DNA from: Candidatus Sumerlaeia bacterium
GTDB taxonomy: Bacteria > Sumerlaeota > Sumerlaeia > SLMS01 > JANRJK01
Direction: 5' to 3'
Length of the DNA: 64,000 nucleotides
Assembly: GCA_033764015.1 (NCBI GenBank)
Contig: JANRJK010000005.1
Coordinates: 1-64,000, forward strand
Position numbers and translations under genes: made by a program. Each line of letters starts with the position of its first letter. Positions within the stretch are counted from its first letter, which is position 1. Below the pieces are notes generated by a model that saw only the letters and a list, made by a program, of their open reading frames with translations, did not search any database and was not told where the DNA came from. Below are positions 47,722 through 59,000 of this stretch, one piece after another.

Positions 47722-47737
47722 ACCCGCGGAGTCCGCG

Positions 47738-48154
47738 ATGCATTCCGAAAACGATCGATTGGTGCGCTCCGAGCACCTGAACCACCACGGGACGCTGTTC
47801 GCGGGAACGGTGGCCTCCTGGTTCGTCGAGACCTGCTTCACGGCGGCGGCGCGGCTGGTCGGGCGCACCGACAGCGTCGTGTGCCTCAAGATCCACGGGT
47901 TGCGGTTCGACATGCCGTGCCACCCTGGCGACCTCTTCAAGATCGAGGCGCGGGTCGCGTACGTCGGGCGCACCAGCATCCGCGTCCACGGGCGGGCGTA
48001 CCGCAACTCGGAGACACGGGCGGTGACGGAGGGCTTCGTCACGTTCGTCACCGTGGACGAGAACGGCACCAAGATGGAGCACGGCGCGAAGCTGCCCCCG
48101 CCGAAGGACGACTACGAGTCGGTGCTGCGCTCGCAGGCGGAGGCGATCCGCTAG
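47738..48154 (+). CDS. acyl-CoA thioesterase (hotdog fold, YciA-like)
   Basis: HLNHHGTLFAG, VAYVGRTSI, FVTVDENG. Confidence 0.85.
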   Translation: MHSENDRLVRSEHLNHHGTLFAGTVASWFVETCFTAAARLVGRTDSVVCLKIHGLRFDMPCHPGDLFKIEARVAYVGRTSIRVHGRAYRNSETRAVTEGFVTFVTVDENGTKMEHGAKLPPPKDDYESVLRSQAEAIR

Positions 48155-48170
48155 GAGGGAGTCCCCGCGG

Positions 48171-49214
48171 ATGGGCACGTTCGTCTACATCCTCGCCGGG
48201 CTTGGTGCCTGCTCGCTCACGCTCCTGCTGGCAGTGGGCGTCTTCTTCCTGCTGGTGAAGCGGAAGCTGGCGAAGCTGGCCGCGGGCATCGCCACCTCCG
48301 ACGGCCGCTCCCCGATCCGGCTCCACCTGCACCGCGCGGCGGTGGACGCTCCCCCGCTGCCGGAGGAAGCCGCGCGGCTCTGCGGCGAGTTCGCCGCGCT
48401 CGGGTTCGAGCAGGTGGGTCCGTTCGCGATCGAAGAGATGCCCACGACGCGCTTGGTCGGCTTCGCGCATCCCACCGAGCGCCTCGGCGCGGCGGTCTAC
48501 CACATGGACGGCATCGGCGCGTGGTGCGACCTGGTCGCGCGCTACCCGGAAGGCATTGAGCTGACGGTTTCCAGCGCGCCCGACATGGGGCGGGTGGACC
48601 TCCGCCCCGGCAAGCGGACGGTGTTCGAGCCGGCGGCTCGACCGGAGCGGCTGCTGGAGCTGTTCCTCGAGGCGCGGGGCCCGGAGCCGGCGCTCCCCTT
48701 CGAGCCGGAGCACTTCGCCCGCATCTTCGAAGAGAGCTACGCCGAGGACATGGACTGGCGGACGCTTCGCGGCCCCGCGACGGACGATGAGATCCGGCGC
48801 GTGGCGGCTGCGAGTGGCACGGCGATTTCCGAGGCGGACCTGGAGCGGATGCGGGCGCTCGAGCGGGCCAAGTGGCTGAACTCGGTCTGGGACCTGCTGG
48901 CGTTGCGCTTCGGCCAGTCGCCGGAAGCGCCGGCTGATTGGGACCGGCGCCGCGAGGAGGCCGTGTTCATCCACGACCGCATGTCGCCGGAGGATGTGCT
49001 GGCGGCGTGCGGGGCGCTCGAGCTCGATGTACCCGGTCTGGAAGACATCCGTGGCGGCGCGGCGGGGCTGTTGGGCGCGCGCTACGACACGTCGCTGCCG
49101 GCGCGGGGCCTCTTCCAGAACATCGTGGACCGCATGGAACCCGAGTTGCGCCCCACGCGGATCGGCGCATTGAAAAAGCCTATGGAGGCGGAGGTCTGGT
49201 GGCCCCGTGGTTGA
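48171..49214 (+). CDS. hypothetical membrane-anchored protein
   Basis: GGAGGGAG SD, N-terminal TM, host-like codon usage. Confidence 0.7.
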   Translation: MGTFVYILAGLGACSLTLLLAVGVFFLLVKRKLAKLAAGIATSDGRSPIRLHLHRAAVDAPPLPEEAARLCGEFAALGFEQVGPFAIEEMPTTRLVGFAHPTERLGAAVYHMDGIGAWCDLVARYPEGIELTVSSAPDMGRVDLRPGKRTVFEPAARPERLLELFLEARGPEPALPFEPEHFARIFEESYAEDMDWRTLRGPATDDEIRRVAAASGTAISEADLERMRALERAKWLNSVWDLLALRFGQSPEAPADWDRRREEAVFIHDRMSPEDVLAACGALELDVPGLEDIRGGAAGLLGARYDTSLPARGLFQNIVDRMEPELRPTRIGALKKPMEAEVWWPRG

Positions 49215-49346
49215 GCGCGGCTTGGCGCGCCGACTTTCCGGCGCTTCCACCTTGCGCTTCGCCTTCGCAACGCGGTTATCCTGTGTAGTGATCGTGGGCA
49301 CCGAGACCCTCCCCCCGATGGTTGAAACGGATAGCGTCCAGCGGCG

Positions 49347-50816
49347 ATGATCTCGCCTGACACCCCCGTGTACGACGCCGCGCAGGCCTCCGACGAACGG
49401 CTCCGCGCAGTGCTCCTCTCTCCGCACTCGCTCATCGAAACGACGAGCGGCGAAGACGCGGCGCACGGCTTGCGGCTGTTCCGCACCCAGGACGCCAACG
49501 AGGCGCTCCGCATCGCGCTCCGCGAGGGCTGCTGCATCGTGGTGGACCTCACTGTGGACGAGCGCACGATCCGTGAAGTCGCCGTCGGGCGGGCCAGCCA
49601 GACCGTTCCGCCGCTGCTGCTCACGATCGGCGCGGGGGCGGCGGCCAAGGCGAAGTCGCGCGAGTTGGAAGCGATCGCCCACCTCGAAGCGATTCAATCC
49701 CTCGACTACCTGCGCGGCGCCCTCGATGTGGCCCGCACCGGGTTCGAAATCAGGCGCACCGCCAACTCCTCGAAGGTGCTGCGCATCCACTCGCTCTACG
49801 ACTTGACGAGCCGGCTGCTCCGCATCGCCACGCGGGACGACCTGCGGCGCGTGCTGCTGAACAGCCTGCCGATGCTGTTCGAGGTGCCCTTCATCGCGAT
49901 CACAGCGCCGGACTTCGACCAGCCGCTGATCTTCAGCTACCAGCAGGAGGGCGTCTTCGCCGACGACATCGGGCCGCTGCTTCAGATCCACGTGCGCAAG
50001 GCGTGGCGGGCGCTGCGCCCCGACGGCGACGCGGCGGATTGGGGCTTCCTCGACGACTTCCCGCAGATCGAGCTTCCCGGGCCGCGGCGCGTGACCGCGG
50101 ATGAGCTGATCAGCGCTCCCATTACGAAGGGCCAGAAGACGCGCGGCTTCCTCACGGTGATCCCGGACAAGCAGTGGGATCTGGACGAGCCGCGCATCCA
50201 GGGCTTCTTCGTCACCGGCGACCTGCTCGGCGTGGTGCTGCACAACCTCGAGCTGCTCGAACAGCTCGAACGGCGCGCGATGCACGACGGCCTCACGGGC
50301 CTGTTCAACCGCCAGGCGTTCATGGAGCGCTTCGAGCTCGAGTGCCAGCGCACGCAGCGGCACAAACACCAGGTGAGCCTGCTGATCCTCGACCTGGACC
50401 ACTTCAAGCTGGTCAACGACACGTACGGGCACCAGGCGGGCGACGAGGCGCTGCGGCGCGTGGCGGCGGTGCTCAACGAGTCGATCCGCGAGACGGACAC
50501 GGTGGGGCGCGCCGGCGGGGAGGAGTTCATGGTGCTGCTGCCCGAGACGGCGCAGCCCGGGGCGGAGCTGCTGGCCGAGCGGATCCGCGCGGCGGTGGAG
50601 CAGATCGCGTTCCCCGCGGCCGAGGAGACGGTCCGCCTGACCGCCTCGATCGGCGTGGCGAGCACCTTCGGGCGCGCGGCGCACGCGGACACGCTGATGG
50701 CGCGGGCGGACCGCGCGCTCTACCGCGCGAAGGGCGAAGGCCGAAACCGGGTGGTGGTGGACGGCGCGCGGCCCGCGGCCTCGACGCCGGACATGTCCTC
50801 GGTGGACTTGGAGTAG
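49347..50816 (+). CDS. diguanylate cyclase (GAF-like + GGDEF)
   Basis: HDGLTGLFNR, DLDHFKLVNDTYGHQAGD, RETD I-site, GGEEF, ADRALYRAK. Confidence 0.92.
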   Translation: MISPDTPVYDAAQASDERLRAVLLSPHSLIETTSGEDAAHGLRLFRTQDANEALRIALREGCCIVVDLTVDERTIREVAVGRASQTVPPLLLTIGAGAAAKAKSRELEAIAHLEAIQSLDYLRGALDVARTGFEIRRTANSSKVLRIHSLYDLTSRLLRIATRDDLRRVLLNSLPMLFEVPFIAITAPDFDQPLIFSYQQEGVFADDIGPLLQIHVRKAWRALRPDGDAADWGFLDDFPQIELPGPRRVTADELISAPITKGQKTRGFLTVIPDKQWDLDEPRIQGFFVTGDLLGVVLHNLELLEQLERRAMHDGLTGLFNRQAFMERFELECQRTQRHKHQVSLLILDLDHFKLVNDTYGHQAGDEALRRVAAVLNESIRETDTVGRAGGEEFMVLLPETAQPGAELLAERIRAAVEQIAFPAAEETVRLTASIGVASTFGRAAHADTLMARADRALYRAKGEGRNRVVVDGARPAASTPDMSSVDLE

Positions 50817-50843
50817 CTGCTCGGCGGCACACTCTGAGAATGC

Positions 50844-50883
50844 GAACGGGGGCCGCGCGGTGTGCGCGGCCCCCGTTCCTTTT
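50844..50883. terminator. terminator hairpin between convergent genes
   Basis: 15-bp stem gaacgggggccgcgc/gcgcggcccccgttc followed by cTTTT. Confidence 0.75.
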
Positions 50884-50903
50884 CCGGGCGTTCCGACGGC
50901 GCG

Positions 50904-51947
50904 TCAGGCGCCGGCGGGCTCCTTCGCTAGCAGGTCCGCGAGGCGGCGCTCGCGGCGCTTCTCCCAGCCGCGCTGGTGGTAGGCGTAGCCCGCGATGAGG
51001 GGCATCGTCGTGGTTGCCTCGCCGAAGACCATCTGCTCGTAGGTGACGTCGACCTTACCCCAGGAGCACGCCTCCTTGAGCGTCGAGCCGGAGAGGGCGC
51101 CATCTCGCTCGTCGGCGACGGTGAGCTGGACCGCGTACTTGTGCATGGAGACCTCGTGGCCGAGGAGTTCGGCGCAGACGACGATGTCCTGCGCGAAGTT
51201 CTTGGGCACGCCGCCGCCGACCATGAAGAGGCCGGACTCCTTGTAGGCGAGCTTGAGCTGGGTGAGTTCGCGGAAGTCGGCGACGCTGTCGATGGAGACG
51301 TGCGCGTCGGGCTTGCGGATCTGGTGCATGACGAGGCCGAAGCCGGCGGAGCAGTCGCTGAAGGCGGGGCAGAAGATCGGCACGCCGTGCTCGTAGGCGG
51401 CGAGGACGATGGAGTCCTTCGTCTTGCCGTGCTCGGCGAGGTGCCGGCCCATCTCGTGGATGAACTCGCGCGAGGAGTAGGGGCGCGCTTCGAGGGTGTC
51501 GGCGATGTCGGCGATCGTGTTGTCGCAGATGCGCAGCTCGTCCTCGTCGATGTAGGTGTCGAAAATGCGGTCGATGCCGAGTTCGCGGAGCTGGTTGTCG
51601 TCCACGAACTGGGTGCCCATGTAGTGCTTGAAGCCGAGTCCTTCGAAGAAGTCCTGGTCGACGATGTTGGCGCCGGTCGACACGATGGCGTCGACCATGC
51701 GGTTGCGGACCATGTCGACGATGATCTGCTTGAGTCCGGCGGAGACGAGGGAGCCGGCGAGGCAGAGGATGACGATGCCCTCCTCGTCCTTGACCATGCG
51801 GTCGAGGATCGTGGCGGCGCGGTGGAGGTTGCGGGACTGGAAGGCCATGGAGGCCATCTGCTCGACGACCGGGCGGACGTCGGAGGCCTTCATGTCGTAG
51901 TGGACGATGGTGGCGTCCAGGAAGTCGGTCTTCTTGCGTGCGGCCAT
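50904..51947 (-). CDS. deoxyhypusine synthase-like protein (probable homospermidine synthesis)
   Basis: STGAN, DRIFDT, PAFSDCS, GGGVPKNF, DGALSGSTLKEACSWGK. Confidence 0.9.
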   Translation of the reverse strand: MAARKKTDFLDATIVHYDMKASDVRPVVEQMASMAFQSRNLHRAATILDRMVKDEEGIVILCLAGSLVSAGLKQIIVDMVRNRMVDAIVSTGANIVDQDFFEGLGFKHYMGTQFVDDNQLRELGIDRIFDTYIDEDELRICDNTIADIADTLEARPYSSREFIHEMGRHLAEHGKTKDSIVLAAYEHGVPIFCPAFSDCSAGFGLVMHQIRKPDAHVSIDSVADFRELTQLKLAYKESGLFMVGGGVPKNFAQDIVVCAELLGHEVSMHKYAVQLTVADERDGALSGSTLKEACSWGKVDVTYEQMVFGEATTTMPLIAGYAYHQRGWEKRRERRLADLLAKEPAGA

Positions 51948-52080
51948 GTTCGGGGCACCTTCGGGCTGGGGAGTGTCGAGGCGTTCCCGGCGGGCGCCGG
52001 CGCAACTCGTGCGCGCCCGGCGGAACCGGCCGGACGGCGAAACGCGGGAAGGGAAGGGCTGGTGGGGCTGGAACGCAAGG

Positions 52081-53073
52081 TCAATCTGGGGCGGGCCCTT
52101 CGGCGGTGGTGGCGCTCCAGCGCTTGAACTCGCTGAAAAGGTGCGGATCCCAGCGTCCTTCCGCGGATTCGCGTTCCAGGATGTCCATCGATTCCGCGGC
52201 GCTGAAGGCCTTCTTGTAGGGTCGGGCGTGGGTCAGCGCGTCCCAGGAGTCGAGGAGCTGGAAGACGCGGGCGAGGCGCGGGATCTCCTCTCCGGCCATG
52301 CCGGCCGGGTAGCCCTTGCCGTCCCACCGCTCGTGGTGGTGGCGGACGATGGGCAGGACGCGGGCCATGGTGGCGAGGGGCGCGAGCAGGTCGGCGCCGG
52401 CGGCGGCGTGGGTCTTCATCACCTCCCACTCCTCCGGGGTGAGCTTGCCGGGCTTCTGCAGGACCGCGTCGGGGATGGCGATCTTGCCGATGTCGTGCAG
52501 GTAGCCGGCGCGTTCGAGGGCCTGCACCTCCTGGGCGTCGAGGCCGAGGAACTCGCCGAAGGCCCGGCCGCTGCGGCGGAGGCGCTCGCAGTGCTCGCCG
52601 GTGGTGTGGTCGCGGGCTTCGGCGCAGAGCGCGAGGCTGTCGAGCACGCGGTCGGCGGAATCGAGGCTCTCCGTGAGCCGGCGGATGCGGCCGAGGGAGC
52701 GGACTCGGGCGCCGAGGAGGAGGCGGTCGACGGGCTTGGTGAGGAAGTCGGTGGCGCCGACCTCGAGGGCCCGGATGCGGTCGTTGCGGGCGTCGAGGCT
52801 GGTGACCATGACGATGGGGACGAGCGCGAGTTCCCGCCGCTCCCGCATGCGGCGGCAGAGTTCGAAGCCCGAGATCCCGGCCATCATGGCGTCGGTGAGG
52901 ATCACGTCGGGAATCACGCTGGCGGCGAAGTCGACCGCCTCCTCCGGGTCGTCGAGCCCGTAGAAGCGGAAGCCGAAGTCGCCGCAGTAGGCGCCGAGGA
53001 CTTCGAGGGCGGACTCGTCGTCGTCCACCGCCATGACTCGCAAGGGAGTCGCGAACTCGTCGGAGGTATCCAT
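52081..53073 (-). CDS. response regulator with HD-GYP c-di-GMP phosphodiesterase domain (RpfG-like)
   Basis: REC (VDDD, DAMM, KP); LHDIGK, HHERWDGKGYP, RPYK; ATG overlaps the kinase stop (TGATG). Confidence 0.93.
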   Translation of the reverse strand: MDTSDEFATPLRVMAVDDDESALEVLGAYCGDFGFRFYGLDDPEEAVDFAASVIPDVILTDAMMAGISGFELCRRMRERRELALVPIVMVTSLDARNDRIRALEVGATDFLTKPVDRLLLGARVRSLGRIRRLTESLDSADRVLDSLALCAEARDHTTGEHCERLRRSGRAFGEFLGLDAQEVQALERAGYLHDIGKIAIPDAVLQKPGKLTPEEWEVMKTHAAAGADLLAPLATMARVLPIVRHHHERWDGKGYPAGMAGEEIPRLARVFQLLDSWDALTHARPYKKAFSAAESMDILERESAEGRWDPHLFSEFKRWSATTAEGPAPD

Positions 53074-56000
53074 CAGGTCCCTGGGTCCGTTGGGCTGGTT
53101 CTGGCGAGGTGCGCCTTTATCATCACCGCTAGGGCGCGGACGGATATCGGCTTGGACATGTAGTCGTCCATGCCGGCGGCGAGGCAGCGCTCGCGGTCTC
53201 CGGGCATGGCGAAGGAGGTGAGGGCGATAATCGGGGTCTTGGCGTGCCCGGGAAGCCGGCGGATCGCGCGGGTGGCCTCGAAGCCGTCCATGACGGGCAT
53301 CTGGACATCCATGAGGATCAGGTCGAAGGATGTTTCGCGGGCGTGGGCGAGCGCTTCCGCGCCGTCGTGCGCGACGGTGATCTTGTGGCCTTTGGCGGAT
53401 AGGAAGTCGCACACGACGGCGATGTTCGCCGGGTTGTCCTCCGCCACGAGGATATGGCCGCGCCGGCTCCTGACGCGCTCGCTCGGGGGCTCGGGGACCG
53501 GGCCGCCGTCCTTCGCCGCCTCCTCCCGCGAGGGGGCCCAGGGGAAGCTGACGGTGAAGCGGCTGCCGCGCCCCGGCTCGCTGTCGAGCGAGACGCGCCC
53601 GCCGTGCATCTCGACCAAGCGCTTCACGATGGAGAGCCCGAGGCCGGTGCCGCCGTGGCGCTTCGTCATCGTCGACTCGAGCTGGGTGAAGGGCTTGAAG
53701 AGGCGCGCCTGCTCCTCCAGCGAGATTCCCTCGCCGGAGTCGGCGACCGAGATCGACATCATGCCGCGCTCCTCGTCGGCGGCGGTCTGGACTTCGACCC
53801 AGCCACCTTCGGCGGTGAACTTGATCGCATTGCTGAGCAGGTTGAAGAGCACCTGGCGGAGCCTGCGCGGGTCCACGACGACGGAGGCGGCCTTGGGATC
53901 GAGGCGCGTGCGGAGCTCCACGCCGCGCGATGCCGCGTGCTCGTCCATGAGCCGGGCCGCGGAGAGGCAGGCCTCGGGCACGTTCACCCGTTCGCAGGCG
54001 AGCGTCACCTTCCCCGCTTCGATCTTGGCGAGGTCGAGCAGGTCGTTGATGAGGAGCAGGAGGTGGCGCCCGCTCTCCTCGATGCGCCGCAGCGCACCTT
54101 TCTGGCGCTCCTCGAGGGGGCCGTAGACCCCCATGCCGAGGGACTCGCCCATGCCGAGGATCGCGTTGAGCGGCGTGCGGAGTTCGTGGCTCATGTTGGC
54201 GAGGAACTCGTCCTTCTGGCGGGTGGCTTCGGCGAGTTGGCGATTCGCCTCCTCGAGGCGCTTCTCCCGCTCGACCAACTCGGTGACGTCGAAGTTGATG
54301 CCGACGAAGCGACCCGGTCCGCCGGACTCGCCGGGCAGATACAGCGCACGGGTCTGCAGAACGCGGGTGGCGCCATCCGGAGTGCAGAAGGAAAAGCTGG
54401 TCCGGAACTCGCCATCGCCGGCCATGGACTCTCGCGACTTCCGCTCAACCTCGTCGGCGATGGCATCGCCCACCATCGCGCGCCACGCCTCGATCGATAC
54501 CGGACGCCTTCCCCGGGGGATTCCGTAGAGGTCGAACATCCGGTCGTCCCAGTGGATGCCGCCGTTGGAGATGTCGTAGGACCAGACGCCGATGTGGCCC
54601 GCTTCGAGCGCCATTTCGAGCTGCCGCGAGAGGAGCTGCACGCGCCGTTCGGCCTCGCGTCGGGCCGTGATGTCCCGGGTGACGACCACGGTGGCGCCGT
54701 CCGGGAGGCGTGAGACGTCGATCTCCGCGTCGAAAGTGGTGCCATCGGCGCGGACCGCGGTCCCGTCGCCCATCCAGCCGCTCGCATGGGACTTTTCAGC
54801 GGGGATCATCCTGCCGGTCTGTTCGTCGAACAGCTCGCGCCAGCCGCGGTCCGCCGGGAAGTCGCCGAAGAGACGGATATGCGTGGGATTGCGGTAGATG
54901 CGGATCCCGGCGGCGTAGATGGCGATCGCTTCCAGCGAGTTCTCGAGCGCCGCGGCCTGGCGGGAGACCTCGATGGTGCGCGCTTCGACGCGGGCTTCGA
55001 GGTCGGCGTTGAGCGCGGCGAGGCGTTCCTTGGCCTCCGCGAGGGCGCGCTGCGCATCGAGGCGCGCCGTAATGTCCCGCGCGAAGCCCGCGAAGCCGGT
55101 GTGGCGCCCGCGCCCATCGCGGAAGGGCGTGATGGTGAGCTCGATCCAGTATGGCGATCCGTTGCGCCGGTAGTTCAGGATCTCGGCGGAGACCGGCTCC
55201 AGCCGGGCGAGCTGCTCCGAGATATGCTTGCGAACTCCCGGGTCGGTGCCGGCGCCCTGGAGAACCTTGCCGGGGTCCTTGCCGAGCATCTCCTCGAGGG
55301 GGAAGCCCGAGAGGGCCTCCTGCGCCGGGTTGGCCCAGGTGACGCGGCGGTCGGTGTCGGTGCGCATGATGGCGAAGGCGGCCTGCTGGACAGTCGCGGC
55401 AAGGAGGCGGTTCTCCTCCTCCGCGGCACGGCGCAGGAGGAAGCCTACGGCGAGGTTGCCGAAGACGGCGAGGAGCTGGCTGCCAGTGCGCGCGCGTGGC
55501 GAGGAGCTGGGCCACTCGAATCCGGCGAAGCCGACGGCCTCCTCCCCGGCGAGCAGGGGCATGGCGAGGGACTCCGCCCCGTGCCTTCCGCTGAGCACGC
55601 AGGAGCAGGGGATCGCCGCGTCGGATCCGCGCCGAACGACCGGGCTGCGCTCCTGGCGGGCGGCGTCGGCGACGCAGGCGCACACCTCGTCGATGTGGGC
55701 GGGGTCCAGCGCGCCGACGACCGCCTCCGCGCCCGGGGCGAGCCACTCGAGCGCGGTGCGTCCGCCGACCGACGGCCGGTCGCGGGTCGCGAGGTAGGCG
55801 CGTTCGGCGCCGACGAACTCGCCGAGCCGCCGGAGGGCGTCCCGGAGCACGCCCCCCCCGTCCTCGCTGGGCGTGTTGACGAGCCGCTCCGCGATCTCCA
55901 TGAGGATCGTGCGGAGTTCGGCGTCGCGGCGCAGCGCGGTGGCCGCCTCGCGAAGCTCGGTGATGTCCTGCACGACACCGACGGAGCGCAGGGGAGTGCC

Positions 56001-59000
56001 GTCGGGGGCGCGTTCGTGTACGCAGCGTTCGAACACGTGGCGGACCTCGCCGGAGTCCGGACGCACGATGCGGTGCTCGATTTCGAATCTGCCGTGCCCC
56101 TCGCGGAGCGACTCCTCGAAGGAATGAGCGACGAAGTCGCGGTCCGCGGGGGGCACCAGCGCCATGGTGGAATCGTAGGAGGGGGCGAACTCCCCGGGTT
56201 CGACCCCGTGGATGCGGTAGGTCTCCTCGGTCCAATCGATCAACCCGGTGGCATGGGTGAGGGTCCAGCAGCCGAGCCGTGCGATGCGCTGGGCCTCCGT
56301 GAGGAGGGTGTCGCGTTCGTGGAGGGCGCGCTCGTAGTCGCTCCGCTCGATCGCTTCGGCGATGTGCCCCGCGACCGCCTCCAGGAGACCGAACTCCTCG
56401 GGCAGGAACGCCTCTCCGCCCTCGAGACCGCGGTCCTCCCGGTACGAGGCGTCCAGGACACCGCCGCCCTTGCAGGGGATCGGGACACTCGCGCGCCACG
56501 CGGTGTCCTGGAAGCCACCGTTCTCCACCTTGATGCCACCCGCCTCGATATGGACTCCGGCCGCCTCCGGGAAGCGAAACCCGAGCGGAAGGATGGACGC
56601 GACCGCGACGAGCGCCTGCCGCGGATCGGGCTCGCGGCGGAGCGCCTCCGCGCAGGCGTAGAGGCAGCGGGTCTCCTTCGCGCGCTCCACGAGCGCCAGC
56701 TCGGCCCGCTTGCGCGCGTCGATGTCGGTATGGGTTCCCGCCATTCGCAGCGGGGTACCGTCCGGGGCGCGCTCGACGACGCGGCCGACCGACAGGATCC
56801 AGCGGTAGGTTCCGTCGGCGCAGCGCTGGCGGAACTCGACGGCGTACTCGTGTGTCTTGCCGTCCACGTAATCCTGGTAGGCGCCCGCGACCACCTCCCG
56901 GTCGTCGGGATGGAGCCGCTCGATCCATGCGACGTTCGTTTCGCGGAATTCGGCGGGGTCGTAGCCAAGCATGGCGGCGTACTCCGGCGAGACGACGGCC
57001 TCGCCGGTCGCGATGTCGAGGTCGTAGATGCCCTGCTTTGCCGCGCGGAGCGCGAGCGCAAGGCGTTCCTCGCTGAGGCGGAGGGCTTCGGCGGCGGCGC
57101 GGCGCTCCGTGATGTCGAGGTCGATGCCGCGGTAGGCGACTGCGCGCCCCTCTTCGTCCCTGACGGGGAAACCCGCGGTGGAAACCCAGCGCGGCGTTCC
57201 ATCCCGAGACAACATGCAATTCTCGTAGGCGGTGACTTCAAGCGCTTCCCGGAGGGCGCGCAATCCGGTCTCGCGGACCTCCTCCATGTGCTCCGGAGGG
57301 ACGAGGTCGTAGAAGGTCTTCTTCCCGACAATCTCCTTCGGGGCGTAGCCGAGAACTTCGCGGATGCTCGGGCTCACGTAGGAGTAGAGCCCCGTCTTCC
57401 CGTCCACCTCCCAGGCGAAGGCGCGGGCGATCGACATCAGCTCCGCGTAGCGAAGGTTTGATTCGACAAGCGCCTCCTCGGCGAGCTTCCGGGAGGTGAT
57501 GTCCGAGTGCGTTCCGAACATGAAGAGCGGCTGTCCGTCCGGTGTGCGGCTTACAACCCGACCATGGTCGCGTACCCAGATCCAGCGGCCGTCGCGGTGG
57601 CGCAGGCGGCAGTCGCAGTCGTAGTAGTCAAGCTCCCCGGCGAAATGGCGCCGGAGCATTTCGTTGGACTTCGCGAGGTCGTCCGGGTGAGCGAACCGCT
57701 GCCATGTCCCGATGGAGACGGGGGAGATCTCCTCGAGCGTGTAGCCGATCATGGCGGCCCAGCGTTCGTCGAAGACCGTTTCGCCGGTCTGGACGTTCCA
57801 CTGCCAAGTCGCGGCGTTGGTGGCGAGGAGGACGTTTTCGAGGCGCCCGAGCGCTTCGGCGCGCGCGCGCTCCGCTTCGTGCCGGTCGGTGATGTCGAAG
57901 CAGGTTGCGAGGACGCGCATGGCGCCCCCGAGGCGGACAGCGGTGAGGAATACTTGGTCCCACCGATACTGGCCGGACTTGTGGCGGAACTTCCACAGGA
58001 ACGATTCGAGTCCGCTTTGGGCGGCCTTGCGGACGAGTGCGCGCCCCTCTTCGAAACTGTAGGGTGGCTCGGACCAAAAGGGGCGCTCCAGCAGTTCGCC
58101 AAAAGAGTCGAGGCCGTAGAGGCGCCAGGCCGCGGGATTCGCATCGAGGATTTCGCCGGTGTCGGCATCGTGGATCAGCATCGCGGCAGGCGAGTCGAGG
58201 AAGAGCGCTTTGAAGCGCGCCTCGCTTTCCCGCAACGTGGCCTCGCCGCGGCGGCGCTCCGTGAGGTCGCGGCAGAAGCAGACGATGCGCCCTCCGAACG
58301 CATCGACGACCACGACGGAGACCTCGACCGGGAACGTGGAGCCGTCCTTGCGGCGGTGGATCGATTCGAAGGTCTCGGACCCGGTGGCGATGATCCGATG
58401 GAGGCGCTCGACTGTCTCCTCGGGGGTTTCGATCGCGTCTAGACCCGCCGGCGTCATGCCGACGAGTTCCGCGCGGGAGTAGCCCGACATGCGGCAGTAG
58501 GCGTCGTTTACCTCGACCATCCGGCCATCGAAGTCGAGGGTCCAGAAACCATCCGGTGTGTTGCTGAGGATCGTGCGGAGGTACGCTTCGTCGTCGCGCT
58601 GGGCCCTCCGCGAGGCGATGCGCTGCAGGCCGGAGGAGAGCTCGCGGGCGAGTTCCTGGAACAGGAAGCGCTCGTCCTCGTCGGCGACGATGGCACCCGG
58701 GACCGACGCCGCTAGGACGCCGTAGCAATGGCCCTGGTACACGAGCGGGCACGTGAAGGAGACGTGCCCGGCGCCGTCGCACCGCAGGGGGCACTCCGGG
58801 CACTGCCCGCCCCCGCTGGAGACGACGACCGCGCCGGTGGAGATCGACTCCCGGGCGCAACGTGGGAGCCGTCCCGCGAGCACCGGTAGGCCAAGGGCTT
58901 CCCGTTCCGCCTCGCCGAGTCCAAAATCCGCGAACCCCTCGCAGGGGTAGCCGCCCGGGCAGCCCACCGTCTTGGCCACCTCCGGTCCCAGCAGCGCGGC

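Noticed and set aside
55080..55380. LOV-like PAS domain in the hybrid kinase (NPA...SGF...LQGAGTD...NYRRNGSPYW)
   Set aside because: Lacks the photoactive Cys (GKDPGKVLQ instead of GRNCRFLQ), so it was not called a photoreceptor
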